Assembly (NCBI RefSeq): GCF_006345805.1
Contig: NC_043003.1
Location: forward strand, 24,552,001 to 24,616,000
Reading direction: 5' to 3'
Origin: Octopus sinensis
Taxonomy: Eukaryota
DNA: 64,000 nucleotides
The position numbers and the translations under genes are program-made. The notes under the pieces are model-generated. The model made no database searches and was not told where the DNA came from. It worked only from the letters and a program-made list of their open reading frames with translations. Positions 37,712-50,479 of the stretch are shown here, piece by piece (position 1 is the first letter of the stretch; each line of letters starts with the position of its first letter).

Positions 37712-38997
37712 GGTGCGGTGAATAAACTGTTATCTAAAATTAGGCAAAAATGAAAATAACACTAACATTCCTTTTAACAGATATATTAATCAAAATTACA
37801 TAAAAATATCTTGAAATACTAAAGAGTAAATTTATTCAATAAAATCGCCATTGGCTCTAACCATAGCTCCTAGACAAGTTCATAATCTCCTGCAACTCTT
37901 CTGACAGTCTCCTTGTTTAAGTTGGTGGATGCTGCCACAATCCTTGCCTTCAGTTCATCTTTGGTGTTACAAAGAGTTTTGTTGGTCTCTTGCTCAACTG
38001 CACCCCACACATAATAATCTAGAAGGTTGCAGTCTGGGGAGTCAGGTGGCCAGATGTTAATGGTGATGTGGTTGCAGAAATTGTCTGACAGCCATGACTG
38101 GTTTTTCCTGCTTGTGTGGCATGATGCAGAGCCCTGTTGCAAACATAGGGGCTTTCAGCAGCCACCCTCTTGCCCCAGGACAACACTACCTACTCCAGGC
38201 ACTTTGATGTAGGCCTCCGTGTTGAGTCTGAGGCCATGTGGGAAGATGAATGGAAGCATAACTTTACCATTATTAGTGGTCACTCCAAACACTGTGATGT
38301 TGACTGGATGTTTGATTTTTATCACTCTCGGTACATGTTTCGGGGACATGGCAAGCCAACAGTTGTTCTGTGTGTTCACCATCTTATCCTGGCAGAAATT
38401 TTTCTCATGAAGAACCAAAGCATGTTCGGTTGGAGGGGATGCTTGAGTTAGTTCAAAAGATTTATAGCGCAGTCTTACCTCTTGTCCTTAATGGTTTAGG
38501 ATAAAAGTTGGCCCTTTTACATCTTGTATGAGGAATACTGACTGTCTTCATGCATTACCTGCTTGATAAGAAACTCCCATGTCCCTGACAATGGACCTGA
38601 TTGACTTGGAGGGATTGTTGTTGATTATGGCCTGGATCTCACCAACAAATTCAGGAGTTCTTTTCTTATCAGGATGATCAGAATGAGTTTTCTGAGCTGC
38701 TGTACCTTCGTAATAACCATTAGACTCATCCAACTCTTTCCAAATCTTCTGCACTGTCCTCAGATAGACACCCAAACACTCTAAAATGTTCATATTCGAG
38801 CTTCTGGCTTGAATGCCAAGCAGTACAGCATGTTGTTTCCAAATTTCTGGCAGACTGAATTGCGTCATGGTGCTGTTTTTCGCAGACGGTGCCCAACTGA
38901 CCCTACTATACTGTTTGGTTGACAAAATCAAAAACAAACAATGCACATACACAAATTTAAAAATATAAAATGGAGACAATTTACCCATCACACCCTG
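37709..38997 (-). mobile_element. Full-length but frameshifted Tc1/mariner DD37D (maT-like) transposon, 1289 bp
   Basis: TA|CAGGGTG...CACCCTG|TA ends with about 22-bp degenerate TIRs; transposase split over ORFs 38548-39024, 38155-38418 and 37870-38142. Confidence 0.92.
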
Positions 38998-40508
38998 TAT
39001 ATATACACACACACACACACGCACGCATAATTATCGTACACAAAGGAATACAGGAACTGTACCATATTTGCGGAAGTGGGGGGCTTAAGACAGCAGCAGT
39101 AGAATGGAATGAGAGGATGGGGCTGCGAGGAAGACCACACTGCTGCTAAAAACTGGCACACACACACACACACACACACAAACAAGGCCGTAAATGCATG
39201 CACACATAAAGATACATATCTTAGAACAGAATGGAGTAAGTGGAGCAAAAACACCTACAAAAATGAAAAGTGTCGCTGAAGAGGTCACAGATGTGTGGAA
39301 AAAGATTTGCGGACAATGGACCTGAGTTGAAATAATGAAATTAGAACAGTAATAAACAAGTGAAGTAAAACTATATAGTGCATATGTATGTTTGGCAAAA
39401 ATAAAAAATGACCATCCCGAAATACAACACGATAAAATTATAATTAAGGGTGCTAATGGAGTGTAATTTGAAGTGGTTTTAAGAGTCATTTGGCGTCTAT
39501 CTCTAGCATGTAGGTGCTGTTTCTCAGTACTCTTAATTATAATTATATCTATATAATTATATATCTATATTGACTTTTACCTATATGGTTTTTATTACAT
39601 GCTAGCCACTGATAAGATCATTAATTGATTTTATCCTTAATTATGTATGAATATATATATATGTGTATGGGGGTGTATGTATGTGTGTGTGTATATATAT
39701 GTATATATATATATATGTGGGGGGTGTATATCTATATGTGTGTGTGTGTATATATATATGTGTGTGTGTGTATGTATGTGTATATATATATATATATATG
39801 TATGTATATGTGTGTGTATATATATATGTATATATCAATATATATATATTTCTACTGCATGACAACTTGGCCCACTGTCTTCTGTATTATCTCCAAACTA
39901 CCAAAGCTTTGTGATTGGATTTAGTAGACTGAAACTGAATGGTCATTTTGTGTGTGTGTATCAGGTTAAGTAAAAAGTAAGCAACGTTTTGATCCATAAA
40001 GAATTTGTACAGGATTTTTGAGTGGCTGTGTGGTAAGTAGCTAGTTTACCAACCGCATGGTTCCGGGTTCAGTCCCACTGCGTGGCACCTTGGGCAAGTG
40101 TCTTCTACTATAGCCTTGGGTCGACCAAAGCCTTGTGAGTGGATTTGGTAGACGGAAACTGAAAAAAGCCCATCGTATATATGTATATATATATATGTTT
40201 GTGTGTCTGTGTCTGTCACCCCAACATCGCTTAACAACCGATACTGGTGTGTTTATGTCTAACTTAGCTGTTTGGTAAAAGAGACTGATAGAATAAATAT
40301 TAAGCCTACAAAGAATAAGTCCTGGGGTTGATTTGCTCAAATAAAGGTGGTGCTCCAGTATGACTGAAACAAGTAAAGGAACAAAAGAATGATTACACAT
40401 ACATGTATGCTTTCATGTGTTGTGTGTGCATGTGTGTCTGTATGAAGTATGTGTTAGTCTCTGTCTATAAATTCTATTTAATTCCCTCTCTCTGTTTTCT
40501 ATTTTCAG

Positions 40509-40680
40509 TTTTGTTCGATCAGTCTCCATGGATAAATGGAAAGACATTGAGCTGGAAAAAATGAAAGTGGGGGGTAATAACAAAGCAAAAGAATTCTTTG
40601 AATCACAAGAAGACTATCAAGAAGGATGGTCTCTCCAGGAGAAATATAATTCAAAAACTGCAGCACTCTACAGAGATAAG
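40509..40680 (+). CDS. ARFGAP1: ArfGAP1 coding exon 3 (FVRSVSMDKWKDIELEKMKVGGNNKAKEFFESQEDYQEGWSLQEKYNSKTAALYRDK)
   Basis: TTTTCAG acceptor; AG+T completes the Ser codon from exon 2; near-identical to ArfGAP1 FVRSVTMDKWKDIELEKMK..GGN; GT donor at 40681; 172 nt. Confidence 0.98.
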
Positions 40681-42147
40681 GTATTACTTTAAACTTATAG
40701 AGTCGTTGTTGTTGTTGTTGTTTGTGGTGATGGTTGTTGTTGTTGTTATTGCTTACCTCCAAGTCAGCCCTGACCGAGCTGATATGTTTTGAGTTAATGC
40801 AAGCAATCAGCTTGCTCTTTTATTCCTTTGGTACCGTTGACACACAAAAGACACTTGCTACACTCTGTAGAGTGGCTGGCATTAGGAAGGGCATCCAGCC
40901 ATGGAAACCAAGCCAAAATGAGTGACTGGAGCCTGGTGCAGCTCTCCAGCTTACGAGCTTTAGTCAAACCGTCTAACCCATGCCAGCTTAGAAAATGGAT
41001 GTTAAATGATGATGATGATGTGGCTTAGGGGTTAGGGTGTCGAGCTCTTGATCATAAGGTTGTGAATTCAATTCCTGGTGGTGCATTGTGTTCTTGAGCA
41101 AGACACTTTATTTCACACTGCTCCAGTCCATTCAGCTGGCATAAATGAGTTGTACCTGTATTTCAAGCAACTAGCCTTGTTGCATTCTGTGTCTCACTGA
41201 ATCTCCTTGAGAACTAAATTAAGGGTACACGTGTCCATTGAGTGTTCAGCCTCTTATTTGTTAATTTCATGAGGAGACTGTTCCATTGATTGGATGGATC
41301 ATCTGGAGCACTTCTCATCATCACCAATGGAGTGCCAATTAGATAGACACGGTCATGACTGTGTGGTTAAGAATTTCACTTTAAAACCACCCGGTTAGGG
41401 GTTTGGTCCTCTTGGACTGTTTATATCTTTCACTTTTGTCTCAAGTTGCTCAATACATTATGAGTAAAATTTAGCAGACAGTAACTGGAAGAATCTCATT
41501 GTGTGTTTGTGTGTGTGATGGAGTATATATTCCCCTTGCCTTGATATGTGGGTGTTGGTTTTCCAGCAAAGTGTCATCATTCATACAGATGGAGTTGTTT
41601 TTTTTTGAAGTCCCTTTGCAAAAGCATGTTAGGCCGGTTTGTTGTATGATTGATTGGGAGAATAATCACTTGGTTTGGCACCAGAATGGAATCTGGGTGT
41701 ACAAAATTCTTCCTGATCAACATCTCGTCTGATTCATGCAAACATGGAAAGTAGATGTTAAAATGAATACAATGATGTTCAGAACTATTTGCAGATTTTA
41801 TATTTAAACTAGATTGTTGCATTCACTTCCCTTAGTAAAAGTGATAATAATAGAACACCTTTTTTGTCAAAAATACTTGTGTTTTTGTTTGTTGTTTAAT
41901 CAGAATAAGGACAGAATGTTTGGTGTGTTGCACTGATTATGTTGATGCAAACAGGAAAAATAGAAGTCAAAATATGAGCTTATGTATATTTTTGTTTATA
42001 TTTAGCAGAAGCAACAGAGGGACTCAAGGGCCAAGACTTTCACGCATTGGCATTTATATACATGCATGCATGCATACATACATACATACATATATACATA
42101 CATGCTTGCATGCATGCATACATACATGCATGCATACATACATACAT

Positions 42148-42204
<57 letters not shown>

Positions 42205-42993
42205 TACATACATACATGTGCAGGTGGCATGTAAAAAAGCACCATTTGAGCGTGGCCGTTGCCAGTACTGCCTGACTGGCCACATGAAAAAACATTCAAG
42301 CGAGGTCATTGCCAGTGCCGCTGGACTGGCTCCTGTGCAGGTGGCACGTAAAAAAACACCATTTTTGCGTGGCCGTTGTCAGTACCGCCTGACTGGCCCT
42401 CATGCCGGTGACACATAAAAAGCACCCACTACACTCTCGGAGTGGTTAGTGTTAGGAAGGGCATCCAGCTGTAGAAACATTGCCAGATCAGATTGAGCCT
42501 GGCGCAGCCTCTGGCTTACCAGTCCACAGTCAAACCGTCCAACCCATGCCAGCATGGAAAGCGGGCATTAAACAATGATGATGATGGTTGATAGGAAGGG
42601 TTTGTGCCCATTGTCTTTACAAGCTTATCAATACTAACGGGATCAATGTGGTTTGTGTTTCTCTTGAGCAGTTTCAAGGTTTAAAGAATGGATACAATAA
42701 GAGGATAAGAACCCCAGTAACTCCAGTAGTGGTGGTAGTGGTAGTAATAGTAGACAACAAGACAATAAAGGAAAAGGCTTTAAAGGGAGGCAATGTGTTT
42801 GTAAAACTAGAGGCTGGAGTGAGTTCTTGAGTGTGTGTCAGTCAGAAAGGTGGCCTTTCTTAGCAGTAATACAATGGTTTTGATTTGATTTATGCCTTTC
42901 ATTGCAAAATATTTTTTTAATATGGGTTTTGTGCCTTAATCAAAACAAATCTGTTGTTAATGTCAATATTTGTTTTTCTTTTTATCATTCTAG

Positions 42994-43154
42994 ATATTAA
43001 CCGAATCAGAAGGAAAAACATGGAGCATTGCTACATCTACAGCACGAAATTATATTCCAGCTCAACCCCGGTTAACTCCCTTCAACACAATTTCCTCAAA
43101 AGACGGTGTTGTCACATGTAGCGGTGGCTACCAAGAATCACATAGCTTATCAAA
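42994..43154 (+). CDS. ARFGAP1: ArfGAP1 coding exon 4 (ILTESEGKTWSIATSTARNYIPAQPR...SHSLS)
   Basis: Polypyrimidine tract plus TAG acceptor; matches the end of the GAP domain (human VVALAEGREWSLESSPAQNW); GTAAGT donor at 43155; 161 nt, phase 0 to 2. Confidence 0.93.
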
Positions 43155-43276
43155 GTAAGTAAAATTATGTTTAATGAAATTCACCCTGCTCTATGTGTTT
43201 AATTGATTTATAGAATTTAAAATTACAAATTTGATTGCAATTAGTATAAAATGTTTAACTCCTCTTTTTTTGTATA

Positions 43277-43668
43277 CTAGCAGTATCGCCCGGCGTTGCT
43301 CGGGTTTGTTTCGACGCTTTAGAATTGGAATTTTTGAAAAGTAAAAATTTTGCATTATGCAGCTTGTTATTCTCTTTAAGTGAACATTTTTTTGGTTGAA
43401 ATACACCGAAAAATGGCGACACAGCAGTCAAAAAATCGTAAAAAAATAAAGATTTTCATAGAAAAAAGCACCTTTTTCATGTAAATAATTTTTGGTGTTA
43501 ACATGGTCCGATTTGAATTTTTTCGTATACGGAAGGAAGAGCAAGCCTTCTTCTATCATACTCTCAATTTTAGTCAACTTGCGCCGCAGGGTCTCGGAGG
43601 AGATAGTGTTAGTTGAAGGCTACCAAACCTGCCATACACAGACAACTTCAGCTTTATATAGGGAGAGA
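43277..43668 (-). mobile_element. Non-autonomous Helitron, 392 bp
   Basis: On the minus strand: A|TC start, subterminal hairpin CCCGAGCAACGCCGGG, CTAG|T end, no TSD. Confidence 0.8.
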
Positions 43669-44639
43669 TTATGTACATATCCGATCATCCAAGTTAAGCA
43701 TGTCAAGCCTAGTTAGTACTTAGGTGGGTGGCCACTTGAGAAACCTTGGTGATATAAGCATCTCACACTTTATAGGTGCAGGAGTGGCTGTGTGATAAGA
43801 AGCTTGCTCCCCAACCACATGGTTCCAGGTTCAGTCCGACTGTGTGACACCTTGTGAGTGGATTTGGTAGATGGAAACTGAAAGAAGCCCGTTGTGTGTG
43901 TGTGTGTGTGTGTGTGTGTTTATACAGGTACTGAAACTCTTATCCAGCAACCTTGGGACCGGGGATGATCTGGATTTCTGGACACAGGCTAAATATATAC
44001 TGAAGTATGAAAGAACCTACAAAAAGTAAAGGACGAAATTGTATAACATATACAAATTAATACATTGTAAAGCAGGGCCTGTTAGATCTTTATTAAGCCA
44101 CTTGAAATTCTTAAAATACTTAAAATATAGAATACTGTACCATGTATAATATATAGGATGAAAAATAAACAAAGAAAAGTAAAGAACATAATTTCATTTA
44201 AGAGCTACAGGTACAAAATAATATGCTTTTGAAGCAGAGTATGTTTAATCTTCATTAATCCACTGAAAAAAGTAAAGAACAAACGTGTTTAAATACATTG
44301 TACACCAACTTTAAAAAAAAAAAAAAAAGAGACGGTTTACTCAATATGTACAGAACATGAAATATACTGCACAATTTGACTGGTTCCCGTACCGGTGGCA
44401 CATAAAAGCACTATCCAAACATCGTCAATGCCAGCCCCCTGTAGCCCCTGTGCAGGAGGCACGTAAAAAGCAGCCACTACACTCTTGAAGTGGTTGGTGT
44501 TAGGAAGGGCATCCAACTGTAGAAACACTGCCAGATCAGACTGGAGCTTGGTGCAACCTCCTGGCTTCCCAGACCCCAGTCTAACCGTCCAACCCATACC
44601 AGCATGGAAAACAGACGTTAAACGATGATGATGAATATT

Positions 44640-45880
44640 GCACAGTATTTAACAGAAACCTGTACTGTACATACAAATTATAAATCTTCAAGTGAAGATG
44701 ATTCAGCTTCTAGGGTGACTTGAGGAGAAGCACAGGTCTTCAAGGTTGAAGCTCCAGATGAGTTTCATTTGAAACTGTCTGGTTGAGCTTTGAAAACATG
44801 TCCTTTAGATTCTGTTGTTTCAAATACTTGGGTTTTTCTTTAATGAAAACTTCTTATATTTTGTACATCCACATTAGATGCTGCTCTATGATGAAAGACT
44901 TTTGCTCCATTCCCCAAATCAGCTCCTCCATCAGGCTGATGCACCTGTCTCTAGGCATCTCTCCTCTTCTTTCAGTGCACTGTCACCATCATCATCACTA
45001 CTCTTATATGATTTGTTCTTACAATTGGGAAGCATATAAACAATACATACATTGTCCTTGACTAAAACTTCGGCAGGAGGGTGTGTAGAATAATTATAAA
45101 GGTATTTTGTAGTCATCAGGTAGTCCCACAGATTTACAGTGAGCCCTGGCTTCAAGCATAAAGTTCTTAATTAAACCATTTGGTGAAAATCTGTGTTGTC
45201 ATCCAAGCTCATTTACTTGCCTTAGAAATCACAGGAAATACCCAGACTCCCTTAAATGCCCTAGGATTTCTACTTTTCCCAACAGTGGGTAATTTGCTTT
45301 TGTGGGACCAGATGCATTGGAATATCGTAAGTCATTCCCTGCAAACCTTAAGCCTTGATGGTGCTGACTATTTCTGTTGTTACATATGTCCCCCTCAGTA
45401 TGTAACACCAGAATAAAGAAGTTTCATCAGCATTATACACTTGTTCAGCTGAGAGTCCCTCATCAGAAAACAGCTTAGCAAATTTGTCTAAATACACCTC
45501 TGTAGCTTTGTGGTCTGCAAAAGTTTTTTCTCCATAAACTTTCAGCCTGCAAAGGCTCTGCTTCTGTTTAAATCTGTTGAACTTCCCAGTTGAATAATCA
45601 CACAGAGTTGTTAATTTCAATTTCTCATGAAACAGTTTAGCTTGAGCCAATACAATGGAACAATTAATTGGAAGCTTTTCACTCCAACACTGCCTAATCC
45701 ATTCGAGCAACACCTTGTCCACGTCAGCACACTTCAACTGATGTAAAGTTTTTCACCAGTCCATTAATTTAGTCACATCACTGTCACTGTAAAATTGAAG
45801 TTTCCCTTTTTTGTTTCTCGATACCATAGACAGTAGACATACCAATACCATATTCCTCACTTAAAATCTGCACCGAAGCA
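44640..45880 (-). mobile_element. Decayed pogo/Tigger-like transposase
   Basis: ORF 45348-45737 shows a CENP-B-type HTH and QVYNADETSLFW (first DDE aspartate); flanking frames contain stops. Confidence 0.85.
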
Positions 45881-46456
45881 CCTTTATTGAGTCTTGTTTG
45901 TTCCTTCTCGAGCCATGCCTGGCTCATAAGGGCTGGTTTCCTTGGCGCATAGGTTCCCCACCTGGACGGGACACCGGTGTGTCGCAGGTGAGCTGCTAGA
46001 TGCAGGAAGAAAGAGTGAGAGAAAGTTGTGGCGAAAGAGTCAGCAGAAGTTCGCCATTACTTTCTGCCGGAGCCACGTGGAGCTTAGGTGTTTTCGCTCA
46101 TAAACACACACATCACCCGGTCTGACATTCGAACCCACGATCCCTCGACCGCGAGTCTGCTGCTCTAACCACTAGGCCATGTGCCTCCACTTTATCGAGT
46201 CTTGGGTAGGTTGGTATTAAAATAGTTTAAATAGTGTTCGTATTTAAATTTAAACATCATAATTGTATGTAAATATAGCAACCTAGTTATGTAAAACAAG
46301 TTATTTTTCGGAACGAACGAAAGTATTTACCTATCCTCATGGCTGAGAGTCAGAAGTCTTGAGCACAAACCATTGGTTGCATCTCCATGTTCTTTGTGGG
46401 GATGAATAGGGTCAGTGGGTTCTGAGTTCTCTTCCAACCTCATTTTCTGTCTGGAT

Positions 46457-47930
46457 TTGTTATGCTCAGAGTTATCCCTCTTCCACTTTCTCATTTGTAG
46501 CATGAGAGTAGCTGTCAACTAAATAGTTCCTTTTCCTAGAAACTTGCTTTAACAGAAGCTAAGGGAGCTTCACTCTCCAGTTTAAAAGCATGCTGGACAC
46601 TGTCCCAAAATTTCTTAATCACCATTATTTTCCTAAATTCCTCCAAATTTTTTATTAATTTTGCAATTCATTGAAATACATCGACAGAAATATGACTCTG
46701 GAAGTGTTGAACAGTTGTTTTTCTATCAAAGAAAAAGAGGTTATCTCATGTAAATTAGAAACTAAAGGGTTAAATAAATGCTCAAGTTAGTATTACCCCT
46801 AACATACTTGATATTTTTCTTGGTACATATGTAGATTAAAAAAGGATTGTCACTGTCCAGACTACAATACAGTATCATAAATATGTTAACTATTAAAATT
46901 ACTTCTCTTGGTACAACTATTTTTTTTTCTAAATAGAGATTTTGATTTATCTCCCCTTGATCATTTTTATATGATGAAATATGCAATACATTTTTAAAAT
47001 ATGCTCATCCAATCATCATCATCATCGTCATTGTATGTCTGTTTCTCCATGCTGTCATGGATTGGACTGATCGCTTTGGTATTCTCTAAAATTGCCAAAC
47101 AGAAGAGTAGACTTACACAGTTTCATTATCATCATATCGTGGCAGATTTTTTAGAATCTGATAGTCTTTCTGTTGTCAAGCCTCACCTCTTTTCAAGCAA
47201 GCTAATATTTTCCCATGGCCACATGTATTTAGTTCAGAGAAATTAGAAATTAATAACATCATTTGTATGATGGTAAGACATGTTTACAGTTATTGCACAA
47301 AGGGACGTACAAATACACACACACAAATGTATGTTTGCATGTATGTATCTATTGATCTAATTATGATGGGCTTCTTGCACACATGGCATCGATCGTCCCT
47401 GGGCTATAGAAGACGTTTTTGTCCAAGGTACTGTGCAGTGGAACTGAACCTGAAATGGATTAGTTGTGAAGTAAACTTCTTAATCACACAACACATTTAT
47501 GGAATGACCTAATATATGTATGTATGTATTGTTGATGGCAATCCTTTTTTAATCTACATATGTACCAAAAAAATATCAAGTATGTTAGGGGTAATACTAA
47601 CTTGAGCATTTATTTAACCCTTTAGTTTCTAATTTACATGAGATAACCTCTTTTTCTTTGATAGAAAAACAACTGTTCAACACTTCCAGAGTCATATTTC
47701 TGTCGATGTATTTCAATGAATTGCAAAATTAATAAAAAATTTGGAGGAATTTTGGAAAATAATGGTGATTAAGAAATTTTGGGACAGTGTCCAGCATGCT
47801 TTTAAACTGGAGAGTGAAGCTCCCTTAGCTTCTGTTAAAGCAAGCTTCTAGGAAAAGGAACTATTTAGTTGACAGCTACTCTCATGCTACAAATGAGAAA
47901 GTGGAAGAGGGATAACTCTGAGCATAACAA
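46457..47930. repeat. About 393-bp near-perfect inverted duplication (46457-46849 vs 47539-47930)
   Basis: About 3 differences by eye; the second arm plus 39 extra nt is bracketed by a 26-bp direct repeat (47516-47541, 47970-47995). Confidence 0.93.
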
Positions 47931-48521
47931 CTCACTTCCTCAGAGTGCTTACGAAGAAGTGAAAGATACATGTATGTATGTATTGTTGATGGCAAACTGG
48001 AAAGATACAGCTATAATTAATAGTATATAGACTTTGAGTTGTAAAAGCCTTTTTGGCTAGAAAAAGTTAAAGGCAGCTTTCAAAACAAAATGTTCCAAAA
48101 AGAAAGATATATATCACCATCATCATTTAACGTGGACAGTTTGACAGGAGCTGGCATGCCTGAGACCTGCACCTGGCTACAATTGTCTGCTTTGGCTGGA
48201 TGCCCTCCTTGTCTTCAAAATTGTTGATTCATCCCACCTTAATTATTTTTATCACTTAATAACAAAGTAAAATATAAGTGGTGGATAAATATATTCTTCT
48301 ACATTTATTAATCCCTGTTCATTTACATTTGTATGTCTCATGTATACAAGCACACATATATGTACATACACATGTACACTAACACATATATAAACCTACA
48401 TATACATATGTATACATATATGAATCTAATTCTATCCTATTGTCAGTGTCTTTTCTTATTTTCATATATATATATATATATATATATGCTAGCATGGAAT
48501 GCGGATGTTAAACAATGATGA

Positions 48522-48560
<39 letters not shown>

Positions 48561-48563
<3 letters not shown>

Positions 48564-50000
48564 TCATCATCGTTTAACGTCCGTTTTCCGTACTACCACG
48601 GGTTGGACGGTTCGACCGGGGTCTTGGAAGCCAGGGACTGCACCAGGCTCCAGTCTGATCTGGCAGTGTTTCTACAGCTGGATGCCCTTCCTAACGCCAA
48701 CCACTCCGCGAGTGTAGTGGGTGCTTTTTACGTGCCAAGGGAGTCTGGCATCGGCCACGATCGGTTGGTGCTTTTAACGTGCCACCAGCATGGAAGCCAG
48801 CCAAGGCGGCACTGGCATCGGCCACGTTCGGATGGTGATTTTTTATGTGCCACCGGCACAGAAGCCAGTCGAGGCGGTGCTAGCATCGGCCACGTTCGGA
48901 TGGTGCTTTTTATGTGCCACCGGCACAGAAGCCAGTTGAAGCGGAGCTGGCAACGGCCACGTTCGGATGGTGCTTTTTATGTGCCACCGGCACAGGTATC
49001 ACAATTACTATTTCCATTGATATTTGTTTCGATGTTCATGTACATGACTCAACAGGTCTCCTCAAGCACAGCGAGATGTTCTGGGATCCAAGGTACTTTG
49101 AATGGGCAGGGGCTATGCGGATCTGGTGCCGGAAGCAGCCCGGGTCTTTGCAGTCACAGCACATCTCCAGAGATCTCGGTCCTTCGCCATTGCCTCAGTG
49201 AGGCCCAACGCTCTGAGGTCATGCTTGACTACCTCATCCCATGTCTTCCTGGGTCTACCTCTCCCCCTGATTCCTTCAACTGTTTGAGAGCGGCACTTCT
49301 TCACACATCTCTCCTCATCCATCCGCAGTACATGACCATACCATCGCAAGCGTCGCTCTTGCACACCACATCTGATGCTTCTTATGTCCAGCATTTCTCT
49401 CAGGGTGCTTACACTCTGTCATGCATGCACACTGACATTACACATCCAGCGGATCATGCTAGCTTCCATTCTTTCAAGTCTACACATGTCCTCTGCAGTC
49501 ACGGCCTGCATCAGACTCCATCAGATGCCCTTCCTAATGCCAACCACTCCGCGAGTGTAGTGGGTGCTTTTATGTGCCACCGGCACAGGTGCCAGGGGAG
49601 TCTGGCATCGGCCACGATCGGTTGGTGCTTTTAACGTGCCACCGGCATGGAAGCCAGCCAAGGCAGCACTGGCATCGGCCACGTTCGGATGGTGCTTTTT
49701 ATGTGCCACCGGCACAGAAGCCAGTCGAGGCGGTACTGGCATCGGCCACGTTCGGATGGTGCTTTTTATGTGCCACCGGCACAGAAGCCAGTTGAGGCGG
49801 TGCTGGCAACGGCCACGTTCGGATGGTGCTTTTTATGTGCCACTGGTACAGGTATCACAACTACTATTTCCATTGATATTTGTTTCGATGTTCATGTACA
49901 TGCACTTGACTCAACAGGTCTCCTCAAGCACAGCGAGATGTTCCGGGATCCAAGGTACTTTGAATGGGCAGGGGCTATGCGGAACTGGTGCCAGAAGCAG
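48561..50000 (-). mobile_element. RTE-clade LINE 3' portion (ORF end 49113-49394) with repeat-containing 3'UTR, preceded by a second fused 3'UTR copy
   Basis: RRLRWYGHVLRM...GRGRPRKTW RTE C-terminal motifs; (GAT)n tail; duplicated at 51885-52917. Confidence 0.92.
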
Positions 50001-50410
50001 ACACGCACACACACACACCTGTGTATGCTTGTGCACACTTGTAGTTGTGTGTTAACGTGTATATATTCCATGCACTTTACTACTTGAGGGAATTGGTGTT
50101 GATGTTGACTTGTTGACATTACAACCAGTTGTTCTGTGCTTTCAAAAACATGAGGAATAGAGATACCTAAATTTAAAAACATTAAGAGTTAGAGGCAGGA
50201 AGAGCATCCAGTCAAAAAGTTCTGCCATAAATAAATGTCAATCAAAACCCATACTAACATGGGAAAATAAATGTTAAACAAACAAACATCACCAGCTGAT
50301 TATACAAGGCTGTTTTCATTTAGTACCATCTTAATTGATTACACTTTTTGGTGTATCTTTTGTGTGTTACTCATTCTTCATTACCAGATTCAATATGTTT
50401 TTGTTTACAG

Positions 50411-50479
50411 AGATGAACAAGATAAGAAAAAAGAAGAATTCTTTTATAACCGACAAGCTGAAAATGCTGCGAGATCAGA
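50411..50479 (+). CDS. ARFGAP1: ArfGAP1 coding exon 5 (K-DEQDKKKEEFFYNRQAENAARS-E)
   Basis: TTTACAG acceptor, GTAAGT donor at 50480, 69 nt, phase 2/2 compatible with exons 4 and 6; FF..RQ.ENA.R motif precedes the PPSQGGKY motif in non-vertebrate ArfGAP1/Gcs1. Confidence 0.88.

Noticed and set aside
48603-49634. 343-aa and 363-aa (51837-52928) plus-strand ORFs
   Set aside because: Antisense to the RTE ORF end and its repeated 3'UTR; no recognisable protein motif.
48730-49870. Repeat-spacer look resembling a CRISPR array
   Set aside because: Eukaryotic retroelement UTR; the intervening segments are homologous to each other; no cas genes.
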